Below are positions 39,015 through 48,358 of a stretch of DNA of 64,000 nt, piece by piece. The notes under the pieces were generated by a model, which was not told where the DNA came from, searched no databases, and saw only the letters and a list, made by a program, of their open reading frames with translations. Within the stretch, counting starts at the first letter, position 1, and each line of letters begins with the position of its first letter. The translations under genes and the position numbers were made by a program. This stretch comes from an uncultured bacterium. Lineage in GTDB: Bacteria; Bacillota; Clostridia; Lachnospirales; Lachnospiraceae. The DNA is taken from positions 2,289 to 66,288 of the forward strand of contig CAJMON010000004.1 in assembly GCA_905214955.1 (NCBI GenBank), in the 5' to 3' direction.

Positions 39015-39761
39015 TTACTTCTTCTCGTCCATGGACATATAGGCGTCACAGATCGGACCTGCCTCTCCGGACATCACCATCTTTCCATGATCCAGCCACA
39101 GCGCATGGTCACACAGTTCTTTAACCTGGTCAATGCTGTGGGAAACGAACAGAAGAGTGGTTCCTGAAGAAAGCATCTCCTCCATACGTTTCTGGCACTT
39201 CTGTTTAAACTTGTAATCTCCTACGGACAGCACTTCGTCTACAATCAGGATATCCGGCTTTACCATGGTGGCAACGGAAAATCCCAGACGTGCTTTCATA
39301 CCAGAAGAATAATTCTTGATGGGAGAATCTAGAAACTTGCGGATCTCTGCAAAATCCACGATCTCCTCAAAATGTTCCTGCATTTCTTTTTTGGAATGTC
39401 CAAGAACGGCTCCGTTTAAGAAAATATTTTCTCTTGCCGTCAGGTTCGCATCAAAACCTGCGCCCAGCTCAATCAGCGGCGCAATGTTTCCCCGCACGGT
39501 AATGGTGCCTTTGTAGGGCTTCATAATGCCGCTGATGGCCTTTAACAGGGTGGACTTTCCGGAACCGTTGATTCCGATTAAGCCCCATGCTTCCCCTTTT
39601 TTTACTTTCAGATCCACATCCTGAAGTGCCAGGAATTCCTGGAACATCAGCTGTTTGGTCACAAGGCGCACAAAATATTCTTTCAAATTGTCCACCTTCT
39701 CCGTGGCCATGTTAAAGCGGATCGTCACTTTCTCCACGTCAATCACGTATTTCTCGCTCAT
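39015..39761 (-). CDS. wzt: Polysaccharide ABC exporter ATPase without C-terminal binding domain
   Basis: GINGSGKST, YSSGMKARLGF, ILIVDEVLSVGD; about 248 aa. Confidence 0.92.
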   Translation of the reverse strand: MSEKYVIDVEKVTIRFNMATEKVDNLKEYFVRLVTKQLMFQEFLALQDVDLKVKKGEAWGLIGINGSGKSTLLKAISGIMKPYKGTITVRGNIAPLIELGAGFDANLTARENIFLNGAVLGHSKKEMQEHFEEIVDFAEIRKFLDSPIKNYSSGMKARLGFSVATMVKPDILIVDEVLSVGDYKFKQKCQKRMEEMLSSGTTLLFVSHSIDQVKELCDHALWLDHGKMVMSGEAGPICDAYMSMDEKK

Positions 39762-39772
39762 GTTCTCCTCCA

Positions 39773-40567
39773 TCAGATATACAGGATGAAGCGGTCCTGG
39801 TTCTTTTTAAACATTGCAAGTCCTATCACAAATGCTGCGATCCCCACTGCAAATCCTGCCCACACATACTTCGCCTGGGGCAGGCACTGGCTGTAGATGA
39901 TGTCACGGAACTGAGTCACATAAAAATACATGGGGTTGAAGTGGGTGATAAAATGCTTCATTGCAGGGTTGTTGTCCAGCTGCTCAATAGGATAAAACAG
40001 CGGTGTGGCATACATCAGCGCTGTGGTAAATGCATTGTAAATGTACTGCACATCCCGGAAAAATACATTTAACTGTGCCAGGAAAAAGGCGACGCCTCCG
40101 CAGAACAGAAACAGCTGCAGCAGAAGAACCGGGAAAAACAACACAGCCCAGGTTACTGGTGTTCTGGTAAAGATCATAACGATCACCAGTGCACCCAAGG
40201 AAAAGACAAAATCAACCATGGAACTGGTCACTTTCGCCAGTGTAAAAATATATTTCGGCACATAACATTTCTTGATCAGTGCCGTATTTCCCATAATGGA
40301 ACGCATTCCCGCATTGGTGGAATCCGTAAAAAAGGTATAAATGGTACGACCCGTGATCAGATAGATCGGATAATTGGTGATATTCCTGCTGAACATGGCA
40401 GAAAACACCAAGGTCAGTACGATCATGATCAGCAGAGGATTTAAAATACTCCAAACATAGCCAAGAACGCTTCTGCGGTATTTCAGTTTGATGTCCCGGA
40501 CTACCAGCTGCGCCCACAGGTCCTTGTACTGAAAAAATACATGGACTCTTTTTTTCCAGATGTTCAT
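39773..40567 (-). CDS. wzm: Polysaccharide ABC exporter permease
   Basis: RDIKLKYRRSVLGYVWSILNP, FFRDV, YATPLFYP, NPM. Confidence 0.93.
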   Translation of the reverse strand: MNIWKKRVHVFFQYKDLWAQLVVRDIKLKYRRSVLGYVWSILNPLLIMIVLTLVFSAMFSRNITNYPIYLITGRTIYTFFTDSTNAGMRSIMGNTALIKKCYVPKYIFTLAKVTSSMVDFVFSLGALVIVMIFTRTPVTWAVLFFPVLLLQLFLFCGGVAFFLAQLNVFFRDVQYIYNAFTTALMYATPLFYPIEQLDNNPAMKHFITHFNPMYFYVTQFRDIIYSQCLPQAKYVWAGFAVGIAAFVIGLAMFKKNQDRFILYI

Positions 40568-41571
40568 TATTTCCGCCTTTCCTGTAACCAGAATGCCAGA
40601 TGTGCCGGAAGATACAGCAGATAGCCGCTGGCCCGAAGAGCCAGAACCGCCTTGTTAGTCACTGCATGATAAATTCCCGGATATTCTCTTTTCAGCATCT
40701 GGTCAAATGCAACCATTTCTTTTTTGATACTTTGACTGTATCCAAAACTTAAGTAAATTTTAAACCGGCTTGCCGCCATGCCTCCCAGGGCATTTTCCAG
40801 ATAGCGCATCACATGGGCCGGAGCATTTTCCTTTTGCTGTTCTTTATAAAAAGCCAGCATTCTTGTGAGAACCCGGTCATAATTCTCTGCATTTCTACGC
40901 ATCCGTTCAATGCTCACGCTCTGCCCCGGAAGCCCGATGCGGTACATGTATACCACATCCTGATAAAAGGTAATGGTCTTTACATAAGGCATTGGGAAGA
41001 GAATATACTCCATATCCACATAGAAGCAGTGCTCGTCAATGGGCGGCATATGCTCTTTTAAGATCTTTGTGCGGATGGTCATTCCATGCATTTTGATGAT
41101 AAAGCGTTTTGTAATGTCAGAAAACTGGTATTCTTTCCCATAGACCACATCTTCAAAAGGATGGACAAATTCTTCTTTTTCTCTGGCAGTGCTGTTGTCA
41201 AACCAGCAGTGGTTCGTGGCCACAATGTCCGAATGTTCCTCTTTTAACCAGCCAATGAGCTTTTCCAGAGTTTCCGGAACCAGCCTGTCATCACTGTCCA
41301 CAACCTTAAAATAGGTGCCGGAAGCTTCTTTGATTCCACGGTTGATGGTGGAACCGTGTCCGCCGTTTTCTTTGTGGATCACCCGGAAGGTTTCCGGATA
41401 ACGCCTGGCAAACTGCCCCGCAAGTTCGGCTGAGCGGTCTGTGGAACCATCATTGACAATCAAAACCTCCAGATCATTCCGGACCGCCTCTCCTGCCATG
41501 CTCTCCAGGCATTCTTCAATATATTTTTCTACATTATAAGTAGGTACTACTACTGTCAGTATTTTTTCCAT
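40567..41571 (-). CDS. GT2 glycosyltransferase
   Basis: VVPTYN, VNDGSTD, NGGHGSTIN, VVDSDD, FYVDMEY. Confidence 0.9.
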   Translation of the reverse strand: MEKILTVVVPTYNVEKYIEECLESMAGEAVRNDLEVLIVNDGSTDRSAELAGQFARRYPETFRVIHKENGGHGSTINRGIKEASGTYFKVVDSDDRLVPETLEKLIGWLKEEHSDIVATNHCWFDNSTAREKEEFVHPFEDVVYGKEYQFSDITKRFIIKMHGMTIRTKILKEHMPPIDEHCFYVDMEYILFPMPYVKTITFYQDVVYMYRIGLPGQSVSIERMRRNAENYDRVLTRMLAFYKEQQKENAPAHVMRYLENALGGMAASRFKIYLSFGYSQSIKKEMVAFDQMLKREYPGIYHAVTNKAVLALRASGYLLYLPAHLAFWLQERRK

Positions 41572-41589
41572 AAATTTTCTGATACACTT

Positions 41590-42696
41590 TTACCGATTTT
41601 TCATTTTTTCTTTCAGCATACACGGAACATACATGATCTTCTTTCCTACCTTGAAAGTGGTAGACTCTTTCAGCTCTTTGATTTCCCGTTTCAGACCGGA
41701 AATCTGCATGTTCTTTCTATGCAACTGTTCTGCATATTTAAAGGCTTCTGCATTGCGCAGCAGAACCTCAATGAGCGCCCACTCCCGATCTGTAAAGATC
41801 TCCTGGATCAGTTCTCCCTGGGCATCTGCCTCCTGGAACTCCTTCTGGAAACGCTCCAGGTACTCATCTTTGAACTCGTCGCCGATGCGGTAATAGGAGC
41901 TGATGTAGTTGTGGAAGCGTTTGAAAGAAAAATATCCGATATAGCGCTCTTTAAACTCCGGATGTTCATTCAGGAAATCATGAATGTAAAGGTATTCATC
42001 ATTCATACAGTATACTTTTGCCCTGTTGTGCACAGAAGAATTCGGGTTGTCCCGGCGGTTCATGTAATACGGACGGTCTACAAAGTACATTTTCTTTGCA
42101 TAGCAGAAGGTCTTGAACCAGAATCCATTGTCCTGGAAAGAAGCCCCCGGTGTCTCATGATGGCGGATGCCGTTTTCTACCAGGAAGCTTCTCTTATAAA
42201 TTCCGCTCCAGGTATTCATGATGAATTTAAAGACAATGGGCTCTTTTGCCGGATCAATGACCCGGTTGTACATGCTCTTGTCTCCCCACAGAGCATTGTA
42301 CTGGTTCACCTGTTTTCCGTATTTGTCATGGACAAACCGGCAGAAATCTGCCTTGATCAGATCTAGGTCATATTTCTCTGCCAGCTCATACAGATCCCCG
42401 TACATGCTGGTCTTTACATAATCATCCGGCTCCAGGATCCCCACATAATCACCAGTGCAGTTGTCCAGGCCGATGTTCATGCCAATGCCGTAGCCGCCGT
42501 TTTCTTTGTCAATGATCTTGATTCTGGAGTCTTTTTCTGCATAGTGCTTCAGAATCTCCAGAGAATTGTCTGTGGAACCATCGTTGATGGCAATGATTTC
42601 AATGTCTTTTAAGGTCTGATTGATCAGGCTGGTTATACACTGATCCAGATACTCCGCTACATTATAGGTAGGTACAATGATGGATACTTTAGGCAT
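41590..42696 (-). CDS. GT2 glycosyltransferase with C-terminal short coil and amphipathic helix
   Basis: VSIIVPTYN, INDGSTD, LEPDD, PGASFQD; tail ELKESTTFKVGKKIMYVP. Confidence 0.9.
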   Translation of the reverse strand: MPKVSIIVPTYNVAEYLDQCITSLINQTLKDIEIIAINDGSTDNSLEILKHYAEKDSRIKIIDKENGGYGIGMNIGLDNCTGDYVGILEPDDYVKTSMYGDLYELAEKYDLDLIKADFCRFVHDKYGKQVNQYNALWGDKSMYNRVIDPAKEPIVFKFIMNTWSGIYKRSFLVENGIRHHETPGASFQDNGFWFKTFCYAKKMYFVDRPYYMNRRDNPNSSVHNRAKVYCMNDEYLYIHDFLNEHPEFKERYIGYFSFKRFHNYISSYYRIGDEFKDEYLERFQKEFQEADAQGELIQEIFTDREWALIEVLLRNAEAFKYAEQLHRKNMQISGLKREIKELKESTTFKVGKKIMYVPCMLKEKMKNR

Positions 42697-43861
42697 TTTT
42701 CTCTCCTTTTAGCAAACACTTGATTTTTCTCGGTATGGCAGTCACAATTCTCCCCACACGGAAAGTCGTGGAGCTGCGGATTTCGTCAATTTCTTTTCTG
42801 GCTGCCTTTAAATTTTCTTCTGCTTTGCGCTTCTGCTCCTGGACACCGGCCAGCTTTGCCGCATTTTCCCGGTAAGTTTCCAGAAGATATGAAAAACAGG
42901 TTTTTCCTTTCATCTTTTCCAGCCGGTCATAGCAGGCAAGGTTTCCCTTGTACAGGCTCCGCTCATGATCCAGCCATTTAAAATCCTGCAGGCATTCTCC
43001 GGTGATCAAGTCGTACACCTTTTCAAATCCAGGACCCTCAATGGTATCCAGATTCCAGAAAGCAAAGTGCAGGGTCCAGTTTAAGAATCCTTTTTCTACT
43101 TCCTGGTAGGCACCGATACGCTTTAATTCTTCCTGCAATGCCTTGGAGGCCTCGTAAAAGCATCTCCAGGAACGCTCTCTGGTCACAGACAGGGAGCCTT
43201 TTACATGGATTCTGTGGTGAATCAGCTTTTTGTCCAGCACCGAAATCTTCTCTGCTTTTGTCAGGGAAGAAAACACAAAAAACAGATCGTTGGAAGTGCG
43301 CAGGTTCTGAAACCGCAAGTATTCGTCCTTCATGACAAAATCTCTGCGGTACAGTTTGTCCCACGCCCATCCCACGAATACGGTAAAGGTATGATCCGGA
43401 ATGTCGTGATAGGAAAATGGATCCTTCCCAGGAAGCTGGCTGCTTTTCACAGAGTAATCCATTGGAATGTAATGTTCTTCGGTATCATCGTACCGATCTC
43501 CCCGGAAAACGGTGATGTCCGCCTTTTTCTCTTCTGCATGGCGGTAAGCCACCATCAGCATCTCTGGTTCGAAAAAATCATCTGCATCCAGAAAGGAAAG
43601 ATACTCGCCTTCCGCATGTAGAAGCCCGTTGTTTCTGGCTGCTCCGGCTCCTGTATTCTCCTGATCAAGTACCAGAACTCTGGAGTCCTTCCTGGCATAT
43701 TCTTTCAGAATGTCTAAGGTGCCGTCTGTGGAACCGTCGTTGACACAGATCACCTGAATCTCCTTTAAGGTCTGGGCCAGGATGTCATCCAGGCATTTTC
43801 TTAAATAGGTTTCTCCATTATAAACGGGAATAATAACGGAAACCTTGGGATTTTCTTTCAT
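42689..43861 (-). CDS. GT2 glycosyltransferase with C-terminal short coil and amphipathic helix
   Basis: VSVIIPVYN, FLDADD, SNDLFF; tail EIRSSTTFRVGRIVTAIP. Confidence 0.9.
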   Translation of the reverse strand: MKENPKVSVIIPVYNGETYLRKCLDDILAQTLKEIQVICVNDGSTDGTLDILKEYARKDSRVLVLDQENTGAGAARNNGLLHAEGEYLSFLDADDFFEPEMLMVAYRHAEEKKADITVFRGDRYDDTEEHYIPMDYSVKSSQLPGKDPFSYHDIPDHTFTVFVGWAWDKLYRRDFVMKDEYLRFQNLRTSNDLFFVFSSLTKAEKISVLDKKLIHHRIHVKGSLSVTRERSWRCFYEASKALQEELKRIGAYQEVEKGFLNWTLHFAFWNLDTIEGPGFEKVYDLITGECLQDFKWLDHERSLYKGNLACYDRLEKMKGKTCFSYLLETYRENAAKLAGVQEQKRKAEENLKAARKEIDEIRSSTTFRVGRIVTAIPRKIKCLLKGEKNA

Positions 43862-43894
43862 TTTCTCCTCTCCTTGGGCGAAATTCATGACCGT

Positions 43895-43923
43895 ATTCTA
43901 TCATAGGTATGCAAAAAATGCAA
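43895..43923 (-). promoter_or_regulatory. Sigma-A promoter
   Basis: TTGCAT, 17 bp, extended TGaTAGAAT on the minus strand. Confidence 0.7.
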
Positions 43924-43961
43924 CTCTGCTGCTTTTCCCTAGAAATTCCCTATTTTTTTCC

Positions 43962-44111
43962 AGAGCGTGTCTGAAAAATGCTTTCTGTAAGATGTACGTC
44001 ACAATTTGTGGAAGATTTTGCCTGAATGAGGGCTGCGTCAACCGAATGAAGGCAAAATTCTACACAAAGCGGGGCGTGCAGATTGCAGGAATGATTTTTC
44101 AAACACGCTCT
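43962..44111. mobile_element. 150-bp MITE-like element with 18-bp terminal inverted repeats
   Basis: Left AGAGCGTGTCTGAAAAAT, right ATTTTTCAAACACGCTCT (17/18 match); internal ATTTTGCC/GGCAAAAT pairing; no coding capacity. Confidence 0.75.
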
Positions 44112-45250
44112 ATCAGCTTTGCCAGGGCTTTGATCGGCGCTGTCACGATTTTTCCAGCTTTCCAGGTGACCGTCTGGTAGATCACGTCTGCTCTCGCCTC
44201 TTCTCTTCGGACTGCTTCATCCCGCTCATTTTTCAGTTCCTGAATGCGGAACCGCAGATAACTTTTGTAGTCTTTGTTCAAAACGATCTGGAGGGCCTTC
44301 CATGCTTCCTGATTATAAGCATGAAAATATGAAGCAGGCTGTCTGCCAATTCCTAAGTTTTCCAGAAGGCAGCCTTTTAACTGCCGATAGAGCATTTCCT
44401 GGTCTGCACTTTTCTCCTGGGAATTTAAGTTTGCAATACAGCCGTCCAAAGCATGATTTACAAAGCTTTTCTCCACCTGTTGATAGTATCCCTCATTTTC
44501 CAGAAATTCTTTCAGTTTCCGGAAGGCATCGTAGAAATCCAAAGGGTAGTCCTGATTGGTATCCTGGCAGCTGCTCTTTGTTCCCACCCGGTAATTTACC
44601 AAGACTTCTCTTACCAGGGTAATCCGCTCGGCAGCCACCAGGGCGCGGCAGGTAAAGTACAAATCATTGGTTCTATGAAGTTCCTGATAGGTAATCTCCT
44701 CGGTTTCCAGGAATTCCCTGCGGAACAGTTTGTTCCAGGGCCAGTTGTGGAAGGCATTAAAAATGCCATCCGGCATATCCTCCCAGGAAAAGACCCTCAT
44801 ATCCGGCAGCAGCTCTTCCCGCATGGCGCCCGGCAGCTCTGACCAGATTTTCAAATCCTCATGCCACCGTCTGGCCTTGCAGATACTGATATCTGCTGCT
44901 GCCTTTCTGGCCGCCTCATACATCTTTTTCAGCATATCTTTTTCGATAAAATCATCGGAATCTAAGAAAGCCAGGTATTCCCCCCTGGCCTCTTTCATTC
45001 CTCTGTTTCTAGCCGCACCGCCTCCTGCATTTTCCTGGCGGATCAGCCGGATACGGCCGTCTTTTGCCACTGCTTCTTCCACAATATCTGCAGAGTTGTC
45101 CGAAGAGCCGTCATCCACACAGAGAATCTCCAGTTCTTTCAGGCTCTGCCCTGTGACGCTGTCCAGGCACTGCTGGATATAGGGGCTGCTGTTATACACC
45201 GGAATAATCACCGATACTTTCACTGTTTTCTCAGATGGTACACGCTCCAC
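44099..45250 (-). CDS. GT2 glycosyltransferase with C-terminal short coil and amphipathic helix
   Basis: GTG start after GAGGAGG; VSVIIPVYN, FLDSDD, TNDLYF; tail YQTVTWKAGKIVTAPIK. Confidence 0.9.
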   Translation of the reverse strand: MERVPSEKTVKVSVIIPVYNSSPYIQQCLDSVTGQSLKELEILCVDDGSSDNSADIVEEAVAKDGRIRLIRQENAGGGAARNRGMKEARGEYLAFLDSDDFIEKDMLKKMYEAARKAAADISICKARRWHEDLKIWSELPGAMREELLPDMRVFSWEDMPDGIFNAFHNWPWNKLFRREFLETEEITYQELHRTNDLYFTCRALVAAERITLVREVLVNYRVGTKSSCQDTNQDYPLDFYDAFRKLKEFLENEGYYQQVEKSFVNHALDGCIANLNSQEKSADQEMLYRQLKGCLLENLGIGRQPASYFHAYNQEAWKALQIVLNKDYKSYLRFRIQELKNERDEAVRREEARADVIYQTVTWKAGKIVTAPIKALAKLIERV

Positions 45251-45267
45251 TTGTTCTCCTCCTCTTT

Positions 45268-46035
45268 TCACACACACTTTTTCTTTCTTCCTGCAAGGGC
45301 ATATTTTAAAACACCGTTGACTGCATAGCACACAAAACAGACTGCCGATTTTGCCGGTCCAAATCCCGCATACCGGTACACCCGGTAGGTCTTCCTGGCA
45401 GAAGCCAGCTTGTTTCCGGATTTTCCTGTACTGGTCAGCCGGTATTTTAAAAGAGGCTCATTGACTGCACAGGCAGTTCCATATTTCTTTAATATCTTCA
45501 GCCAGGTAATGTAATCTTCATGGCTGTCCTCATGCTCCATAGGAAAGTCCCTGGCCACTTCTGTGCGCAGCACCACAGAAGAGCAGTTGATCCAGTTCTG
45601 ATGCAGCATCTGACGGTAAGTGATGTTCTCTGTTACCGGAATCACTTTTCCAGTCTGCTTCCCATCCGGCGTCACCAGTTCCCTTGCAGTGCAGGAAAGG
45701 ACACAGCCTGTTTTCTCCATCAGCGCCAGCTGTTTTTTTAATTTTCCGTCTGCCCACCAGTCATCTGCATCCAGAAATGCCACATATTCTCCTTTTGCCA
45801 TGGCTGCGCCCCGGTTCCGGCTTCCGGACGCTCCTAAGTGCTGTTCATTTTTCAGGAAAAAAACAGGTTCACGGGCAAATTCCTGGCGCACTGATTCCAT
45901 CTGTTCATCCGAACAATCCTCCAGAACCAGGATCTCCATGGGAACCTGCTGGCGCAGCGCAGACCGGATCGCCTGTCCTATCGTCGCGGCACAATGATAT
46001 GCCGGGATAATGACTGTTATCTTCGGTGTTTCCAT
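45268..46035 (-). CDS. GT2 glycosyltransferase (TuaG-like)
   Basis: VIIPAY, LEDCS, FLDADDWW..KL, HEDY, SGNKL. Confidence 0.88.
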   Translation of the reverse strand: METPKITVIIPAYHCAATIGQAIRSALRQQVPMEILVLEDCSDEQMESVRQEFAREPVFFLKNEQHLGASGSRNRGAAMAKGEYVAFLDADDWWADGKLKKQLALMEKTGCVLSCTARELVTPDGKQTGKVIPVTENITYRQMLHQNWINCSSVVLRTEVARDFPMEHEDSHEDYITWLKILKKYGTACAVNEPLLKYRLTSTGKSGNKLASARKTYRVYRYAGFGPAKSAVCFVCYAVNGVLKYALAGRKKKCV

Positions 46036-46057
46036 GCATACGCCTCCCGTAAACCTG

Positions 46058-47473
46058 TCAGTTTTCTTTTTCTTTTTTATGCAGCTGTTCTTCGTGCTGC
46101 ACTTTTTCTTTGGTCGCCGCTGTCACCTGCCACTGCTCTACCCCTTCGGTGTTTTCCTTCTGGAACAGGATCTTAAAGGTAAGAAAAATCAGCTTGCAGT
46201 CCAACAGAAACGAATAATTTTCAATATAGGTCAGATCCAGCTTCAGCTTGTCATAAGGGGTGGTATTGTATTTTCCGTAAACCTGGGCAAAACCGGTAAG
46301 GCCTGCCTTGACTTTCAGCCGGTAATCAAACTCCGGAATCTCTTTTTTGTATTCTGCTGCGATCTCCGGCCGCTCCGGTCTTGGACCTACCAGGGACATA
46401 TCCCCTTTTAAGATGTTAAACAACTGAGGCAGCTCGTCAAAATGAATATTTCGCAGGACTTTTCCCACCGGTGTCACACGGCTGTCCCCTTTCATGGCAA
46501 GTCTGGCGCCTTCTTTTTCAGAGTCTACCCGCATACTGCGGAATTTTAAGACATCAAACACTCTGCCGTCTAAAGTCAGCCTTGGCTGCCGGTAAAACAC
46601 CGGGCCTCCGTCATATGCTTTGATCAGCACCGCAATCAACAGCATAATGGGGGATGCAATCACCACACCTGCTGCAGAGACAATGACATCCATCAGCCGC
46701 TTGGCAGCCTGCTGTTCCACCGTCAGTCTCCGGTTTCTGCACAACAGAAGAGTCGTGTCAAACAGGTGGATCTCCTCAGAACTCATCAGCATAATATCGG
46801 AAAGCTTGGGGATACTATAGCATCGGATATCCTTCTCAAAGCAGAACTTTAAGAGCAGATTCCGCTCATGGGAAGGCAGATCTGCCAGAACTACCGCATG
46901 ATAGTTCAGAATTTCTTTCTGAATAGTATCTAGTCCCTCACTCAAGTGCATACTCTTTTTGACACTGTATTTGTCTTCCCTGCCAGAAATTTTCCGCACC
47001 AGATCCACGGGATTGTAGTCCCCATATATCAGAAGCATCTGTCTTGGCGGATAAATCCTCACATAAATCCACCGCACAAAAAACACCCATACCACCGTGA
47101 TCAGAAGATCCACCGCCGTGATGGTAAACATAGGGGCCAAATGCTCCCCAAACTTCCACATGGCAATCAGGTTCATTTCCAGATAAATAAAAGCATTGGT
47201 GCAGAGCAATGAGATCACCTGGGAAAGGAGTACATCCATGATCCGTAAGTATCCCACTTTAAATGCTCCAAACACTTTATAAAACAGCAGCAGAATCAGC
47301 GCATACTGCGCAATCGCTACCACATTTCCCCAGAAATAATAATCCCGGCGTATTACTTCTTTCTGTCCGTAATACACAAACCAGCTATAAGCAAAAACTC
47401 CCGTCTGCGCCGCCAGAATAATGGTGGAAGCCAAAAACATGATCAATCTTTTATAACGTTCTCTTTTTTCCAA
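46058..47473 (-). CDS. Priming polyprenyl-phosphate hexose-1-phosphate transferase (Bac_transf)
   Basis: N-terminal TMs; KRLMD, KFRSM, DELPQLFN, GDMSLVGPRPE, KAGLTGFAQV. Confidence 0.93.
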   Translation of the reverse strand: MEKRERYKRLIMFLASTIILAAQTGVFAYSWFVYYGQKEVIRRDYYFWGNVVAIAQYALILLLFYKVFGAFKVGYLRIMDVLLSQVISLLCTNAFIYLEMNLIAMWKFGEHLAPMFTITAVDLLITVVWVFFVRWIYVRIYPPRQMLLIYGDYNPVDLVRKISGREDKYSVKKSMHLSEGLDTIQKEILNYHAVVLADLPSHERNLLLKFCFEKDIRCYSIPKLSDIMLMSSEEIHLFDTTLLLCRNRRLTVEQQAAKRLMDVIVSAAGVVIASPIMLLIAVLIKAYDGGPVFYRQPRLTLDGRVFDVLKFRSMRVDSEKEGARLAMKGDSRVTPVGKVLRNIHFDELPQLFNILKGDMSLVGPRPERPEIAAEYKKEIPEFDYRLKVKAGLTGFAQVYGKYNTTPYDKLKLDLTYIENYSFLLDCKLIFLTFKILFQKENTEGVEQWQVTAATKEKVQHEEQLHKKEKEN

Positions 47474-47518
47474 TTTTCTACTTCTCCATCTGTGATTTTT
47501 CCTGCGCATTGCATGTAT

Positions 47519-47547
47519 AGTCTACAACAAATCACCTGAAAAAGCAA
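47519..47547 (-). promoter_or_regulatory. Sigma-A promoter upstream of the priming transferase
   Basis: TTGCTT, 17 bp, TAGACT on the minus strand. Confidence 0.6.
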
Positions 47548-47568
47548 TATGAAAAGAATGGATGCCTT

Positions 47569-48348
47569 TTACTCTCCCTCCGTACTGTCCAGACGGTAAA
47601 TGCCGTATTCATTGATCTGCCCAATCTTGACATATCCCATTTTCTGGAGAGCTGCATCCTGTTCACGGGTCTCCCCGTAGACCAGATATTCATATCCGTA
47701 CTTTAAAGAAAGCCGTTTAATTTCCTTAAAATTTGGTTTTTCTGCTGTCATCTCGTTGTAAAGAATCTTGGTATTTTTTCCCGTAGGGCCCCATCTTCCA
47801 AAAGCGAGAATGATTTTCGGAGTATACTGCCGGACATATCCAACAAGGCTTTCTGCCATAACCACCTTTTTTTCACTTTCCGGGTCCTGATCCTGGAGAA
47901 TCACTTCACAGACAGAGCACACCACTTCCGGAATTTTGTTGATGTTGGAAGCCTTTTCCAGACGTCCGCCAGTTCCAAGGTACATGTTGTTTCCCCCTGC
48001 AATCAGCACCACTGCCAGAAGGAGAAACACTCCTGCCTTTGCCGTCTTTTTCGAAAACTTCTGAACCAGCTGCACTCCTGCATAGGCCAGCACCAGAGGA
48101 ATGGGCAGCAGCCACAGCATCCGCCAGTAGACCTGTTCTTCCACGCAGTATTTCATAATAATCTTTGCTGTCACCGGGCAGAAATAGAGAATAGCAAACA
48201 GAATCGAATATCCTGTAAAGAGTTTTTTATGTTCTTTTTCTTTTGTACCAAGCCACAAAAACACCAGAGCCAGCACAAAAAGGGCCACATGCCAGCCTTT
48301 TCCATTGTAATCTTTCAATTTTTCCAGCGCTGTATAAGTATAAGACAT
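47569..48348 (-). CDS. Membrane protein (N-terminal TMs, soluble C-terminal domain)
   Basis: VYWRMLWLLP motif, about 4 hydrophobic segments; GGAGG RBS. Confidence 0.6.
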   Translation of the reverse strand: MSYTYTALEKLKDYNGKGWHVALFVLALVFLWLGTKEKEHKKLFTGYSILFAILYFCPVTAKIIMKYCVEEQVYWRMLWLLPIPLVLAYAGVQLVQKFSKKTAKAGVFLLLAVVLIAGGNNMYLGTGGRLEKASNINKIPEVVCSVCEVILQDQDPESEKKVVMAESLVGYVRQYTPKIILAFGRWGPTGKNTKILYNEMTAEKPNFKEIKRLSLKYGYEYLVYGETREQDAALQKMGYVKIGQINEYGIYRLDSTEGE

Positions 48349-48358
48349 GGCCGCCCTC

